Below the pieces are notes generated by a model. That model was given only the letters and a program-made list of their open reading frames with translations. It searched no databases and was not told the origin of the DNA. This document shows positions 60,894 to 64,000 of a DNA stretch of 64,000 nucleotides, piece by piece. The translations under genes and the position numbers were made by a program. Within the stretch, counting starts at the first letter, position 1. Each line of letters starts with the position of its first letter. This DNA comes from Cirrosporium novae-zelandiae (Eukaryota), in contig JAPETS010000015.1 of NCBI GenBank assembly GCA_026023565.1, positions 124,001 to 188,000 on the forward strand, given 5' to 3'.

Positions 60894-63800
60894 CTAGTGC
60901 ACTTTCCCGTTAAGTCCACTCCACCCCTGTGGCAACTGTCCATGCTTCTCCATCCATTTTCTAATATGCGGCAGTCCGGTATGTGGTCCTCTCATCTTCA
61001 CTTCCCATGGTGCTTTTGGTGCTGGCAGCCCCGTTTCCACCAGAGCCTTTGCCTTCCATTCTTCCCACGTCCCCCCACGGTTAAAGATCTCGGGCTTCAC
61101 ATTCGTCTTTACTACACTCATCTCTCCACGTAGCATCTTGGTAGCTTCCTCATCGACGTTGAAATCTGGCTTCACCACTACTCCATAGCGTTTTGCACCT
61201 TCCAACGAAATAAGCCCCCGATGGACCTCCAGGGCAACGAGTGCAGGATCGCGCTTTAGAGCGTCCCCCCAGCCCCCACCTCCCCTATCGGCCTATTAGT
61301 AACATGAATTTTGGACATACCCGAGTGAGATCTTACCAAGTAATCCATTCGAGAACATCACCTTCGCTGACCTTTATGTGATCCATCTTGCTGGGCAATA
61401 TTTCTCGTCTGGGATTGGCTGGATCTTCTGCATAATGCACTAAAGTCTTTGAAGAGCGAGCGCCAGGCTCACCGCCAAGTACACCCCATGGCTTGGAAAG
61501 CCATCTGTCGTCATGTGTAGATATCTCACCTTCTTCCAAGAACCGGTAGAAGATACGCTGTCCATTACCGCCGCGCATGAAACCTGCACCCCCAGAGTCA
61601 ACCACCGTGTTATATTCTTCTATGCGAAGCGGATAGTAATGTTCGAGGAATTCATTCGGAACGGCCTTCATTGCTGGCCACAAGCAATGACCATCCATTC
61701 CATCGCCCATAGGCCGAGCAGGAATACCGCCAAAGCCGATTTGGTAGAGCTGAAACCAGTCACCATTGGGCTTAAACCCAGAATACATAAAGTGAGGAGA
61801 GTCTGAGAACCCTGCGGCTGTCATGAATTCTGGAGCCTTTTGGCCTAGAAGGCCCGAAAGAAGGTCCATGATTCGTCCTAAAAGATGCGTACGTGTGGAG
61901 AGTGCAGCCGGCCGACAAGGATTCAAAATCGTGCCTTTTGGTACATAGAAATCCACAAGATCATGGAACCCATCATTAACCACCGTATGGGGATCATACA
62001 CTGTGATCAGATAGATCCCCACAAACATCTTGAACATATTTGAGCTTAAATAATAATTTATTGACGAAGATGACTGCGGATCAGTTTCAGAGAAATCGAA
62101 GCTCAGATGACCATCTTCTTTCTTGGTCATGGTACAGGCAACCTTCCATGGGCCAACACCTCGACCGTCATCGTCAATCCAGTCCTCAAAGTATACAGGA
62201 TTCTCAGGAATGACTGTGTTGATCAATGAACTAATGGCTTTCTTATTGCGGTCGAGAAGTTCATTGATAGCGTCGAAGTAAACTTTATCACCAAAACGCG
62301 TGTACAATTCGATCATACGCTTCGCTGCTAATTTGCAAGAAGCTACAAGAGCAGCAGTATCGGCGCGAACCCAATCAGGAAGACGAGAATTTCGAAACAG
62401 TACTTCAAGAAGGGCATTGTTCCACACTCCTTTCGATGCAAGTTTAGTGACGGGGATCTGAATACCTTCTTCAAAGATGCTGATTCCAGCAGTCGGGAGG
62501 GAACCTGGAACAGACCCACCGTTATCTGTCATATGTCCAAAGTTAGAAGTCCAAGCGATTAGCTTTTCATTCACATATACAGGCATCAAGACCAGCCAGT
62601 CATTCAGATGAGAAATAGCCCCGCCGACACTATAAGGGTCGTTGGTTATGAAAATATCATCTGGCTCTATGGTCCCCTTCCAGTTGTCCAAAAATTGTCC
62701 AATAAAACTACCAAATTGACCCGCCAACATTTTCCCACTTGGCTCTGCTATGACATTGAATTCATCCACTTGTTCTCTAATTGCTGGACTCATAGTTGCA
62801 GAAGTCATAAGAGTATCCATTTCATTCCTAGCATTGCGTAATGCGTTTTCGAACACGTCCACAGTACCTGCGTTTAGTTCGTTTCCGGCTTTATCGACGT
62901 CGAATTGGGCAGCATTTTCCTTCTCCCAAATCAAAAGGTTGCCCACAGCATCGACCTCCGCTTTATAGCCTGGTAGGATGACTGTATTGCTGTCCATTTC
63001 AGTGACAACACACGGCCCTTCGACCAAATGGCCATACTTCAACGACAGTCTATTATAGATCGGCGAATCAAACTCCTGTGCTGCATACACTAGAGTTGTT
63101 CGCCCGGTGATTGCAGATTCCGGAACGACTGGACTTGTGGCAACCTCGAGTTTCTTGATAGTCAAATCTGGTTTTACCTCTTCGGCTACTATTCGTAGAT
63201 TCATAATCTCCACATCTGAAGATAAGCTATAGGTAAAGAGTCTCTTGTGTTCGTCCTCAAATAATTTCTGGATATACCGGAGACCCTTCGCTTTAAACTC
63301 AGAGGCATCAATGTTAACAGAAACGATAATCGCTTGTCCCAAGTATCGAAGGTCAGCCTGGTATTTGTATACCTGCTTTTCAGTAGGAACGTTTTGCTCT
63401 ACGCGCATGATGTCTCCGACCTGCTCCTTTAAGCTGTCAAACGCGCTGGCGATCTCCTCCTTTGACGTTTCGCCAATTACACGGATATAGGTCATTGAGG
63501 ACTCATGGCGAAGAAGGGTTGTTGCATCTCCCCAGGCACACAAGACACCAGGAGATGGCGGAATTATGACTGGCCAAGCCTGTAAAAGCTTTCCAAGGGA
63601 GTTTGCATGTAAAGGCCCTGCCCCACCAAACGCAACAAGAGAGAAATCTCGGGGATCATATCCTTGCTCGACAGAAACCAGTCTCAATGCACCGTACATA
63701 GTTTCATTGGCAATCTGTAGAATGCTCTCTGCAGCCTCATATAAACCAATTCCTAGACTATCTGCCACTTTCTGAACACTTTTCCTGGCGGCATTAATAT

Positions 63801-64000
63801 CCAATTTGAAAGTGCCACCAAGCAAATATTTTGGAAGATAACCAAGGACAACATTAGCATCGGTGACAGTTGCCTCAGCACCTTCACCATAACAAGCAGG
63901 GCCAGGGACGGCTCCAGCACTTTCAGGTCCGACTCTAAGGGCTTTGGTAATGTCTGGAACACGTGCAATAGACCCCCCTCCGGCTCCAACTGTCCGTACA
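60894..64000 (-). CDS. Fused hydantoinase A/B (5-oxoprolinase family) protein, 5'-truncated by the window edge
   Basis: VRTVGAGGGSIA, GPESAGAVPGPACYG, LVAFGGAGPLHA, ITNDPY...SHLND, GHMTDNGG, SGGAGFMRGGNG. One intron near 61317-61286 joins W|GGGGWGD; stop at 60894. Confidence 0.9.

Noticed and set aside
1..64000. CRISPR arrays, tRNA/rRNA genes, intact transposons, TGA-CTA readthrough peroxisomal signals
   Set aside because: None seen. Repeats are microsatellites or single duplications, and the stop contexts I checked lacked the readthrough motif followed by a PTS1.

Overview
Gene-dense, intron-rich genomic DNA from a filamentous ascomycete (Pezizomycotina). Introns are short and GT-AG with CTRAC-type branch points; intergenic DNA is AT-rich and microsatellite-rich. 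By splicing exons by hand I can support about 20 protein-coding genes: UFD4-type HECT E3 ligase, an MFS transporter, a BTB protein, a six-exon PaaI-type thioesterase missed by the ORF track, an Atg37/ACBD5-like acyl-CoA-binding protein, a chromo-shadow-like protein, SCD6, a PEX39-like KPWE protein, a Pumilio protein, a secreted S9-like hydrolase, an SLY41-like transporter, the complex I 75/78 kDa subunit, RPP40, an XRCC4-like protein, BYR4, a WRKY/GCM1-like zinc domain linked to an omega-like GST, UFD1, LIN1, the CBK1/COT-1 kinase and a partial hydantoinase/5-oxoprolinase. Four items not evident from the ORF track stand out. (1) An intronic double-guide box C/D snoRNA in SCD6, with antisense elements to two 18S rRNA sites. 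(2) A locus that can yield a DNA-binding protein, a stand-alone GST, or a spliced fusion of the two. (3) A ~360-nt region between RPP40 and XRCC4 that appears highly foldable and has no assignable identity. (4) A decayed F-box pseudogene. No CRISPR array, rRNA gene, tRNA or intact transposon was seen. All family assignments come from motif recognition, not database searches.
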